A stretch of DNA of 57,449 nt, filler included, from Sluysia triapertura (lineage: Eukaryota), in NCBI GenBank assembly GCA_046118255.1. It is 5 parts of 5 records of this genome, joined end to end, with 100 filler letters (N's around TTAATTAATTAA, not from the genome) between each part and the next. Parts side by side here need not be neighbours in the genome. Positions count along the whole stretch, not along the records: positions 34,617 to 45,735 come from JBJNIA010188643.1; positions 45,836 to 57,449 come from JBJNIA010182801.1; 3 more parts are not named here. One strand, given 5' to 3'. The translations under genes and the position numbers were made by a program. The first letter of the stretch is position 1. The number at the start of each line of letters is the position of its first letter. Positions 38,857 through 51,133 of the stretch are shown in pieces. The notes beneath the pieces were generated by a model. That model did not search any database, was not told the origin of the DNA, and worked only from the letters and a program-made list of their open reading frames with translations.

Positions 38857-40900
38857 TGCCATTATTAATACTTATGGAAGGTGACGATGCAGTTGTCATA
38901 GTTGGTTTAGAAGATGATAATGATGGACTTGTCATGCTAGTCACAGATATTGAGGAAGTTAATGACGGTTTTATATCGTCAATTAAAGACACAAGATTAC
39001 TTTGAAATGATGATTGGTTGCTACTATTATTATAATTATTATCATCACTGGATATTGCTACTATTTGTGACGCTGTTTTTGAATATACAGTATTGGAATT
39101 TATGGAATTGTTCAATATCGGAGGAGTGGAAGGTATTAAAGAAATTGAAGAGGCAGGAATAGAATTAGTTGTTATAGAAACCGGTGTTACCATAGCAGTG
39201 TTTGTTACCAAAGGAACTGGCGATGCAGCCATGATGTTAGTTGCAGCATTTAGTGAAGTGACTAGAGTTGTTGTTGGAGTAAACACATTAGTAGTACTGT
39301 TTAGTGTAGCTTGAGAGCAGTGTGCCACTGGTCCGACTGTGGGTTCATATTTAACAAATGCAATGTGAGCAGCGGGGGAAGTATGAGTAGATGCTTGTTT
39401 AGGAAGAATTGGACTTGGAGTATTTAGCTGGTTGTTAGAAGTTGGTGCAATAATTGTTGGAACAATTTGTGGAGCAGTTGCATAAGCTGTGGTAATCATA
39501 TGGGTAGGTTGGTGTTGAATAATAGTAGGTTGAATATTAGGAGCCATACCTATGCTTGTTGTCTGATGAATTGTTTGAGTCATTGGAGCTGCTGCAATTG
39601 ATTTATTATGAAGTGGTTTGTGACTGCAATTAATAAACGAAGTGGCTGAATTTAGGCTAGAAGCTGAACCAGTTAAAGATGTTTTACGAGCTTGAATAGC
39701 AGTTGTTTTTCGAGCCTTCTTTTCTCCCGTTTCATCAATTATAAATGTGTTGTCTGGACGTCGAATTAATTTTCCATACGACGCTTCACGTTCCAAGTAA
39801 TGACGCAATTGCAGTTTGGACAACTCTGTTGAATTTGGACCGCCTGTTCGTTGTAAAGCCTGTTCAATCTCACTAATCGAATAACCAACTTTAACTGACA
39901 TATTCGATTGATTTATGCAACCATCTGATGTTCTATTGCGATCTAAATATTTGAAAGCTTCCAAAATTCGATTAGTAACACTAGGTGGATTAATTATACC
40001 ACCACCATTAGCACTATTCTTACGCCACTTATACGGATTCCTGTAGCTTATATTACCTTTATAATCTACACACACTACAGCTCCAATGTCCGCCAACTTA
40101 TTCAAGCATTGTACAGTATCTTCTGGAGGGATATTGTGATAACGCTTCATTAAAGTTGATATCCTATCAGCATCAGGTCGAGCCTTGCGCTCTCTTAATT
40201 TGTCAATAGCCTCTAAGATCCAATCTCTATAATAACTACTACTAATCGCAGTAGTTAAACTACCAGACCCGCTGGGCATATTTAGTACATTTGTACCTAA
40301 AGTTGACGGAATATTCGGTGGAGTACTTGTGATATTAGAAGATACATTTTGAGATTGAGACAAAGGTTTAGGACTCACTTGATTACTAGGCAAATTAGTT
40401 GATGTATTAATTGTCGGTCGCATTTGTATTGGGGCAAAAGTAGTGTGACTTGAAGCTGAACCAACTGAAGCTAAATTAGTTTGTGACACTGTTAATTCCG
40501 GGGGTTTCGCAGCAATAGGAGCTAACGTAAGAGTAATTGGAGCATTCTGTTGCCTATTCTGTGTACTTATATAGTGGTTATTGGGTTGAATAGCAAAAGT
40601 ATTCTGTTGTTGCAAACCTGCAACGGTTGATGGTAATAATCTCGATCCTGAATTAATGATGGCACCATTGCTTTGACTAGGTAATCCCAATGTTGGAGTA
40701 GTTTGTTGCAAAATTGTAACTACAGGTTTCGGTTGAATTTGCAATGGAGCACTTGTTGGTGATATTGTTATGGGAACTGATACTGAATTCATTGACTTGG
40801 CTATTGTATTCTGAGTTGTACCTGTAGCAACGACCATATTTGCTACTAAATTACTGCTGGAAACACAATTTATATTGTTGTTACATATTTGCTTAGACAT
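35960..40900 (-). CDS. SAMD1: SAMD1/atherin-like chromatin reader with a KAT6-type N-terminal module: WH + H15-like WH + AT-hook + double PHD + SAM (1137 aa, 5 coding exons)
   Basis: Exons 40900-38651, 38093-37832, 37369-37257, 37168-36774 and 36353-35960; all introns GT-AG with compatible phases (0,1,0,2); 3414 nt total. WH: YRDWILEAIDKLRERKARPDADRI...VDYKGNISYRN (SAMD1-like). Second WH: RILEAF...GYSISEIEQAL...QLRHYLEREASYGKL. AT-hook: RRGRPPGS. DPF: CSEC...CRDC..VHPSC...WQCSACKTCSIC...ICDGCDKGFHSNC...WICCNC. SAM: WTVEHVCDWL...[34 protein letters not shown]. The symbol indicates similarity; orthology is untested. Confidence 0.92.
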
Positions 40901-40997
40901 CTTTTAATTTTATAATAAAATAAACATCAATCAATAAAACTTACTTTAATAAATTTTAACCATTTATTTAATTTTATAAACTATATAATAAAAAATC

Positions 40998-41011
40998 TGC
41001 GGCCATTTTTG
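40998..41011 (-). promoter_or_regulatory. YY1-like motif near the SAMD1-like gene start
   Basis: Minus strand reads CAAAAATGGCCGCA (AANATGGC core) about 100 bp upstream of the ATG. A possible 44-nt 5'UTR intron lies at 40944-40901 (GTAAGT...AAG|ATG). Confidence 0.35.
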
Positions 41012-41349
41012 AAAAAAGCTTATTTCTAATTGCACGATATGAGAAAACTATACATTTTAAAATCCAACAATAAACATATCAATGGTTTCAGTTTACTTTC
41101 ATTAACACGCACACGTACGATTATACACACTAATAAAAATTTTTTCTTACCCTTTCTTTACTGTACAATAATCAATATAACGTATGTAATGCAATCTGAT
41201 TTTATTTGACACAAAGACTACCAATTAAATTGAAATAAGTTTATGAGTCAGACGATAAATTAAGTTAGTATAATCAAGGTTATTTTACTGCGCGTGTGTG
41301 TAAAGCATTACAATAATGATTAATTTATAGTATTTTATGATGGGTTTAA

Positions 41350-41599
41350 AATGTAAGCGGCCGTATACATGTATACGACACAATTTTCTCTATACATCTG
41401 AATATGCACACAAACTCGAACACTTAAACTGTACAAAAACGTGAGAGAAAATAATTGTGTGTTTTCTACCCTTTACTCTCTATCTATATTATAAAGTATA
41501 AAATAATATTAGAAAATCTATATCGTAGTCTAACCTTGATATTTAATTAAGCTGGTGTAATATCAACAAAAATAAGCATAATATATCGGCCGCTAAATG
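41350..41599. mobile_element. Possible degenerate TTAA-flanked MITE
   Basis: TTAA 41346-41349 + AATGTAAGCGGCCG versus reverse complement of right end TTAA + CATTTAGCGGCCG (TTAA 41600-41603). Perfect 16-bp palindrome CGTATACATGTATACG at 41362-41377. Confidence 0.4.
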
Positions 41600-44500
41600 T
41601 TAAATAATACTACCATATTTTATATTTTATTATTTGAAAATTGAATCTATAAAAAATTCACATTTAATTTATAAAAATTCTATATATTATTAATTATTTC
41701 ACATATAAACTGATATTAAATATTAGTACTTGAATTTTTTAATTTCCTCCCTGCATAAAAACTGAAAGAAACCAAAGAAAAACGTATATATAATTTTCAT
41801 TTATAATTCAATCTATTTTATTAAAATCAAATTAAATTTATTTTGTTTTAAATTAAAATAAATTTTTTAAATATTTTACTTAAATATAGTTTTATGAAAT
41901 TATAACAAATCAAAATAGAAACTAATAAAACAAAGTTTAAATAACATTTTTTGATTGGTGTACTTCATTTAAATTATTTATTTCAATGAGTAATACTAAT
42001 TGGATATGTGCTTATATTATTACAGTTTGAGTTTATAATGAGGCACAATGGTAATTTATTTTTATTGGTTAATTTGATTCTTATTTTAGGCGCTTTATTT
42101 GAGCATATATTTTATTGCAGTCAAACTTTATTGCGCTTCAAAATTAATTTTATTATAAAAATGAATTTTATAGAAAAGAATATATTCGGTAAATATTTGT
42201 TTTATGTATACGATTCACGTTATTCTATAGAAACGTAGAATGTATAAGAATATAAAGAATTGTAACCTTGGATATTGGACATCAAAGTTCAAATTATGTA
42301 TTTTTTAATTTTACATTTTGTATTTCTTTTGTAAAGTGATTTTTAAAATCGTTATTGTAATTACCTTTGTAATTAAATGTCATAAAATCAAGATTAAAAA
42401 AGACTTGCTAATTTTTAGCAATAAAAATTACTTTAAAATAAAGTTTAATTTTGATTGGTTAGTTGTATACACAATTTTAAACAACATTTTGTAAAATATT
42501 CATAATTTTATGTTTTTGATAGTCAATTAAAATAATTAATGAAAAAATAGCATTGGTTACAATATAAATCGGGAACATTAAAAATTTCACCTTATTCAAA
42601 CTAATATTAACATCATCACAATGGACAAAGTTTTTGTTAAATACATTTTTATTCGATTATATAATATTATAATAATTAAATTTTTATTTATTAATAAAAA
42701 AAATTACTATAATATTGTAAATTATAACCAATTTTATTTTTAATAAGATTTGCTGTACATAGTAAAGATTTACGTAAATAGTAAATTTTATCAAGGAAAA
42801 ACAAATTTAATAATTATTTTATTTTTATCTTCACGTAATTTATAGAAAACAATGTTAATTTTGAACTATTATTATTATTATTACTATTATTATTATTATT
42901 ATTATCATAAACTATGTCGGAAGGTGTAGATCATCTTAGAAATCGGATATTATATTTTATCAAACACTGAAATTATAAACAATATTTTTCTTTCAATATT
43001 TATCAAATAATTATTCTTCTAAACATTTTTTATGTGCAAACTGTATTACACACACAATATTGCACACAAATACCGTTCCACTCATTTATTAGTAAAATGT
43101 TTCATAAATTCGTAAGTATGCCTTTTTATTGGTCATGTTTAGTAATAAATTAATAATAACATTACTTTTAATATTATAAATAATAATTTACATAGCACTA
43201 TTATCTCAAAATCGATTTCTGAAATAGAAAGAACTTCTACTTTCACACACTTCATAATGTTCTTTAATTTTAAAGATAATTTTGTTTTCCATATTTTTAT
43301 TCTAGATTTTTTTTAATTTTAATATTGTTTTTTATTGGTAATTATTTATAATAAGGTTTTAATTTTTGTACTATTATTATTGGTTAAAAGTGAATGAACA
43401 ATTAGTTTTAGTGGTATATTTATTAATAAATTTTATACAACTGATTTTATGTTTAAATATTTAAATTTAGTAATTTTATTTCAAAAGATTTTAAAAAATT
43501 TTTAAATTAAAAGTACTTTTTAAAATTTAATATACTTTATATTATCTACAGATTCATTCGTATAAGTTATAATTTTGACATTGTGTTATGGATACCAATA
43601 GAATTTTATTAAACAAATAAACCAATGAAATAATCATTTATCATTAAAACTGTACTTTTGTTAAAAAATAAAACAAATACTGTTTAACAATATCTACACA
43701 TTTATTCCATTGTCTTGTCGGATAATATGATAGTGATAAGATCCTTATCGAGTCATAAACATCTATTATGTCAATCTTCAATATTTTAAATCAAAAGTAT
43801 CACTTTTAAATTATTTTTTGCAGATTTTTAAATTTTAATTATTTATTAATTCCGTTTTTTTTGTTGTTTTAATTTTTTATTAATATTGTAATAAATAGTT
43901 TTATTTATTTTCAACACATATTCCACTTTTTTGTTTCTCTTACAAATGTACAAAAGCACAGTTGAAACAAAATGATTATTGGATGGCTTTAGATAATATT
44001 TAGACAATATTTAGAATAGAACAGAATCGTACTGAAGATATTGTTTTAAATTACAGAATATTTAAGAAAATTAAATTAGTTATTTTCTCAATAAATTATG
44101 TCCAAAATATTAGTGAAATACAAAAATGATAAATATGATAGGAAAGTCGTTCACTATTAAACTGTGCACAAGTAATATCAAAATGATCTTATCAAAAATA
44201 CACGCATACACACACTATATTGAAAAAATTAATATAAGTTGTGTTTGAGTGTATTTTTAATTAAGGTAGAAAATAAATATTCGTCAACATTTTGAAAGAA
44301 TATTGTCTTTACAATTTCCTAGTAATTTGACATTTCCTGGTAACAGGTTGTAGAAATTTTAAATAAGTAACTTATCATCTATTTTATTGTCAATATGTGT
44401 TCTGTATAAATTGTTTTATTTACGCATTTTTATTACTTTCAAACACTGGAATAACAAGACTAAGAATTAATTTAATAAAATATTGTTAAAGACGTAGACT

Positions 44501-44769
44501 TGATGTATTAAATAAAAATTGAAAAAATTATTCCAAAAATTTAAATATTAATAATTATAAATTGATGCAATTTTTTAACAAATTTTTATTAATTGAATTT
44601 ATTACATAATGCTATTAAATTAAATTATTTCGTAAATTATATTCACATTTACTTACAAAAATATTTAATAAATTATTATACTCTTTCACTTATATCTCTG
44701 AAATTATTTTATGTAAATTTAAATTGTTCTTTTATTAAATAAAGCGTTAATAATAATAATAATAATAAC

Positions 44770-44810
<41 letters not shown>

Positions 44811-45493
44811 CAACAATAATAATAATAATAATAAACAGTTTTCAATATTTAATTTGTTATGTTTTAATTTTACTGATTATTGATTATATCCGTAATAATA
44901 CAAACATTGTTCCAGTTAAATATCTGCTTTATTTGTTGTCCAACTATTGAGCTATGGTATAGATGTTCAAGATAAACACTGTTATTCTAATAATTCTACA
45001 AATTTGTTTACAAAAATAATAAAACTAAATGAATCCATATGTAATAACTTAATTATTAATATTAATCGTACAAACCATCATTAGTTCTTTGGGGGGTTTG
45101 TCGTTTTAAGATGTGTAGTTATTTGAATGATCTTATAACTTTATTACGAATAAAAGGTCAATAAATAGTGTCATAAAATCAAATATTACAATATAATCCA
45201 TAATTAATTGTTTAGCTAATATTGACAATTATCTTAGGCTGAATAAATATTTATAAATGTATGTTTATTCTTTATATAAATTGTTTTTATTCAAATAACA
45301 CTCGTTAATATTTACCATAAAATCATCTTATGTGTATTTTGTACTATTTATTTTACATATTGATTAAACTAAATATTTTATTTGTATAACAAATTAGATG
45401 AAAAAATAGCCCGAAGCAACAACAATGTGTATACAAAATTATAATTTGTTTAATAAATGTTGGCTAGGTTTTTGTTTTTTTGGATTCTTTTAA

Positions 45494-45735
45494 CCCTTTC
45501 GGTGCTGCTGGGACTAATTGGTCCCACTAGTATTTCTGCAAGTTTATCAGGCTTAAGCAGGTCATGTTACATATTGTTTTAGAGGATTAAATAAGGACAA
45601 TGTTTCTGCTTTTAAAGTGTGTGTACAAAGTTATTTCAATAATATACCGCTATTTTGCGAGAAAAATATTTGAATCAAATAAAATAAGTGAAAATATTAT
45701 AAAGTCTAAAGTTATTATTACTTTTGTTAGAAGAT
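45494..45735 (+). mobile_element. piggyBac-like element left end, truncated by contig end
   Basis: TTAA (45490-45493) + CCCTTTCGGTGCTG; subterminal palindrome TGGGACTAATTGGTCCCA; about 175 bp (45547-45723) closely similar to 52063-52251. Confidence 0.7.
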
Positions 45736-45835
45736 NNNNNNNNNNNNNNNNNNNNNNNNNNNNNNNNNNNNNNNNNNNNTTAATTAATTAANNNNNNNNN
45801 NNNNNNNNNNNNNNNNNNNNNNNNNNNNNNNNNNN
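45736..45835. other. Artificial contig-joining spacer N44-TTAATTAATTAA-N44
   Basis: 100 nt, core at 45780-45791. Confidence 0.97.
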
Positions 45836-47403
45836 TAAATTAAAATTTGAAAATGTGTAATTTTGAAATGCAAAAATTTTTTAAATTAAACTTTATCAAT
45901 TTGTAAATTAAACTAGACTTTATCAATTAATATTCATAAAATTATCAATTAAACTATGTTCATTACTAATCATGATCAATGTTCATTACTAACTAATCTA
46001 AACATTTTATATTTAACATTATTATTATTATGATTATTATTATTATTAATATTATTATGATTATGATTATTATTATTATGTATTTTATTTTGATTTTTTT
46101 ACTTAAGTATGCAACTTATTTTAAGTTAAATAATTGTTTGCTTATTCTTTTGTCAATTTTAACATTAAGATAAAAAAGTTTTAGCATACAAAACAATAGA
46201 TAATAAATTAAATTTTGTAGAACACAAAAAATTAATGTTATAAGGAATCAAATTCACAAGCACCTCTCACATGTTTATTTAAGTATAGTAACTATAAATA
46301 GTATCCCTCTTCATGTAAATTGTCATTCGATATATCTTCGGTTTCAAATGAAGTATAACGAGCTGTTAAAACATTGAACTGATGTTCATTACAAATATAA
46401 AACATTATCATTTAACATTATCAAAATTATTACGTCTGTGATTAATGCAACCAGTTAATCGATATATTGAAATTGTAACAATATTTTAAATATTGTTTTA
46501 AATTTTATTTATATTTTAATGAATGTATTTTAATGCTGATCAATCATAAGTTGAATAAAAAGATATATCACATATTTGACATTGATACTTCTTTGACATA
46601 GATCTCATGGTAATCACAAATGATAAGGTTCAAGACAAATCACCAGATTATCACTACATAGTTTTATTATTTTCAAAGTTTCATTAACATGTTTTAGAAA
46701 AACAAATGTATCGAATCTGACAAATCTGTCATAACTTCTTTGATATTCACCACAATGTTATCTTAATCATATTCTTCTGTTGATTCAAAACACAATTTGG
46801 AAAATAGGTTCATCTAATTTTTTAAAATGCACTTTAAGTAACTGAGAATCGAGTTAAGATTGCGAACTGCCAAATGACGAAACGCATTAGTGTTATATGG
46901 TGAAGGTGTGGCATTGTTACTGAGTGAGTTACTTAAGCCACTGCTAAAGTTACTATTGGTTGGTCAAGTAGTATTGTTAAAGAATAATGGTAAAGAGAAT
47001 AATACTAGAGTAATAATAACAACAAAACAACAGTTTGTTTATTTGTTTAAGACAACAAATTAATTAAATAATACAACAATTTAATTATTTGTTTTGTTTT
47101 CAAATTGATAATGAGACAGGTTTCTATATGCATAATGAAGTAAGGATGTAAATGTGAGTATTTTTGTCATTGTTATAGTTGGTATTATTGAAAGGTGATG
47201 TTATTTTGTTTTAGATAGTTTTTAATGTATTTGAAGAGTGGAAGTCATGTCAAGTAAATTTTTTAATTTTAAAATTATTAAAGTTGATGGGTTTTGTTAG
47301 TGGGGCTTAAGGATAAAATATGCTTTTGTTGAGTTTAACTTAACAGTTCTCGATTTGTGTCGTAATGCGTTTGTAATCTGAACATATTGTATTATTATTA
47401 TTT

Positions 47404-47452
<49 letters not shown>

Positions 47453-50400
47453 GTATAATTCTTTTGGTGCTTTAGTCATATTGATTAATATTGAAATTTA
47501 GTTCGTGCGATGTTTGTACTTTGTCGTCCTACTACTTTTTTAATGTTTAAATGTTTTTGTACAATGAAAATAGTGTCATTTTACAAAAGCGCTGATGATT
47601 TAAATTGATTTTACAGGGCTACTACAAATCAAACCCGTGACAAAATAAAAATTTTTAACCGATAATGGTTCATCATTATGACTTCATTATGGATACCACG
47701 GAGAATGTGTGTTGTATCCTGTATCTACCGAAACAGCATTTCAAAGCTGTGCAGAATTAAATTTGGATTCTATATTTTGGTTTATATGATACTAAGATAT
47801 TGCACTAGGTTTCTTCTGTTTTGTTTAATTTAAAATTTTATTTAAATTTAATTTTAATTTTTTACTATAATAAAAATAATATTTAAAATACACAAAAGAA
47901 AATAATAAAAATGTAGAAATTATTAATTATTAAAAGATAAAATTTGTTTAAATATCTCTCAAAATAAAATCAAATAAAAATGTTATATAAATTCCATTTT
48001 CTATTATCATTTCTAACATAAATAAGATTTGAGGTTACCTGCAATCTTTATCATCAGAGACGAGTACTGAAAAGAAAAGATTTTTCCATTGATATAAAAA
48101 ATTCATCAACAAACCAAATAAAATTAAAAAATGTACATTAGTAAATAAAAAACAAAAAATTGAATGAAATCTTTAAATTTTTTATATTATTATTAATATT
48201 CAAAAAGTTAAAATTAATTGTATTACATATTGTTCCTTATACGGAAGTAATGAGCAAAAAATTAATAAAAAACATAATAATATTATTATTGTTATTTATT
48301 AGTTTCTAATAATTATGTATAGTTCTTTTGTGCCATTTCTAGTATAAAACTTATACAGCTTTTAAGTCACATTTTAAATTTGGTATCATTTTCTTCAGTG
48401 CCATTTTTAGATGCATTATTTTTAGATGATAAAAATTGTAGAATAAAATTTATACTTTCTTTATTAAATTTATTCATTAACTACTAATAATGCTAAAAAG
48501 TAATATATAGAAAATTGTATTTAATTCTTAAAGGTTTTTCCAGAAACAAATTTATGTAAAAGAAATAACAAATTCTAACCTACAAGGACAATTGTAAGAC
48601 ATTCGATGTAATTTAAACAAAGCAGTATCTAAATAGATCAATAGTATTAAGGATTAATTATCAAATTTGTTAAATGCATTTTTTGTAAGTCAAATGCGAA
48701 GTTAAATGTTTATTTTAAATAATTTCACAGAAATTCCATCTTTTTTCGCATATTTTTAAAGAAACATTATCTTCTGAGACGATTTTTGATTTGAATATGG
48801 TCTTAAGATAAACTTTTTATATTATTTATGTGCAATGACAATTTTCTGATTCATTGAAAGTTAAAGAATTGTAATTTCTGCAATCACAACTTTTAAGTTT
48901 TGCTTTTGTCTTGGAACAATTAAACTAAATCAGAGAAGCATATTCACAGAAAAAATCATGTTTTGACAGATAGTATTCAATGAATATAGTTTCTTTTTCA
49001 TAATAATAATAAAAGAATTTTTATGTTATTTTATATTAAAAATGTAATCCCTTACGATTTAGAATGATACACTTAAGGGCTAAGTCATAAATAACAATAG
49101 TTAATGGAGGTTGACGTATTTTATAATTAATTTAACATCAAAAAATCAGTAATTATTCTAAGTTTGTCAAGATATGATATTTTTCTACCGTACAATAAAA
49201 AATGTGTCCTTACTGATTCAATTTCTTCAAATAGTTTGTGTTTAAACTGACGTCCACGTAAAAACGGCGTTCCTTATTTTATAATAATCAAAATTTAGGA
49301 TAACAAAAAATATATTAAAAAAGATAAATTTATGTTAGTTAAAGCGTTTGTAAAAGCAATAACAATAATATAAAATTATTGATATTGATATATTAATAAA
49401 TTTTTTGATACTAAATTTTAATTTAAATATTTCAACATCCAAATTAAAAGTGGCTTTTTAAAAAATGAAATTTTAATTTTTACGTGTGAGTTTACAACCC
49501 AATTTAAAAGAGGGCTTACCTTATGTGAAAATGAGCTAAGGAATAATCCTGAAAGAATCAATGTGACTACTATTTATGAATATAATTCTTCGAATAAAAA
49601 TAGATCCTTAAAAGATTTTAACTTAATACTGTATTGAAAGTGAAGCCTCAAATTTTGTGTTTATATAATTATTTACACTGACCTTGAATATTGATTTGTT
49701 AAAAAAATTTTTAAATATTTTAAATAAATATTTATGAATTTTTAAATACTTTAAGTAAATATTTATGTTTTTTATAATAATTTTAATATTTTATTACACT
49801 AATAATAATAATAAAAACATAATACTATACACACATTTGATTTATAAATTATATTATTATTATTGATTCTATTTACAAAATTCTCTATTACTTTGACATT
49901 AATTCGATTTATAGATTATTGATTTATGCAAAATTTCGTTTTTAAAATAATAAATGCAATAATAATATTAATAAATAATTATATAATTTGTATTTAAAAA
50001 CACTTAAAATATATCATTTATTATATTCCTGAAGTATAAAAAATAATCATCTGCAGATTTCGTATATTGCTTTAGCTAATTCTAAATTTTCGAAACATAA
50101 ACAATATATAAACTTACTAAATTCTTATCTTATTATCATTGTGCATTTTGGCTAAATTGTTATATCTTGATGATATTTCTTTTGGTTTCAATATTTTTAA
50201 TTATTTGGAACTACCTTAACATAATCATTTATGAGTAACTATCATTAATATCATTAATGGTATCTCATGTAATTCTTGAAAATAAAATAAAATATATTAT
50301 CTCCGCTTTAATTAAATATTTTAATTTATATAAATTAATATTTATTTATTTGTTTTATTTTAAATTCATCAATATCAGCTTAATTTTAAATTTAAATATT

Positions 50401-51083
50401 CATATACTTTTATTAAATTTCTACATAAAATTTTAGTGGTACCACTAAATCAAATAAAATTAAAAAATTAATTAATTTAATATTATTTTATATGTCATAA
50501 AAGATTCACTGGTTTATTGACAGTCTTTATAATAATATATTTTATTCATATTTTATAATAATTAAATTTTTTAATTAAATAGAGATATCAATTATTCTGA
50601 ATAATAGAATAATTGTATTAAATAAATTAAAATTTTCAAAATTAAAATAAATAAATAAGCAACAATTTAATAATTTTAATTAAAGTTGTTTTTAAATAAA
50701 GGTTTTTAACAAAATAATTATAAATGTTAATAATTATGTCTTAGTTTTTAAATTACGTTAGAAATGAATTAGAAAAATCTAACTTATAATTATATCTTAG
50801 TTAATTTAATTATAATTTATTTGAATTTTCAAAATAAATTTTATTATCATTTTCAGTTTATGTAAGTATTCAGCTTATAATTTTTTATAATTATTATTCA
50901 TTATTAATAATAATACTAGAAAGTTTTTGAAAATAAACTTATCAAGGCTATGTGATTACCTGTTGTTACTGTTCTATTACCTGTTATTGTTATTAACTCT
51001 TCTATTATTTTTAGTATTATGTAATCTTTGTATAATGAATTTAATGTTTATATTAAAGTTCAGGAGCATATTTAAGAAACTGT

Positions 51084-51133
51084 ACGGATCGATGCACGGA
51101 TCGATGCACGGATCGATGCACGGATCGATGCAC
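51084..51133. repeat. Perfect 12-bp tandem repeat (ACGGATCGATGC) x4
   Basis: Four exact units plus AC, read directly from the sequence. Confidence 0.95.

Noticed and set aside
38670-39314. Three plus-strand ORFs (poly-Leu, poly-Tyr, Val-rich)
   Set aside because: Antisense shadows of SAMD1-like exon 1.
15061-40900. Apparent cluster of protocadherin, Notch-like, RhoGAP and chromatin genes as one system
   Set aside because: They lie on separate contigs joined by artificial spacers; no linkage evidence.
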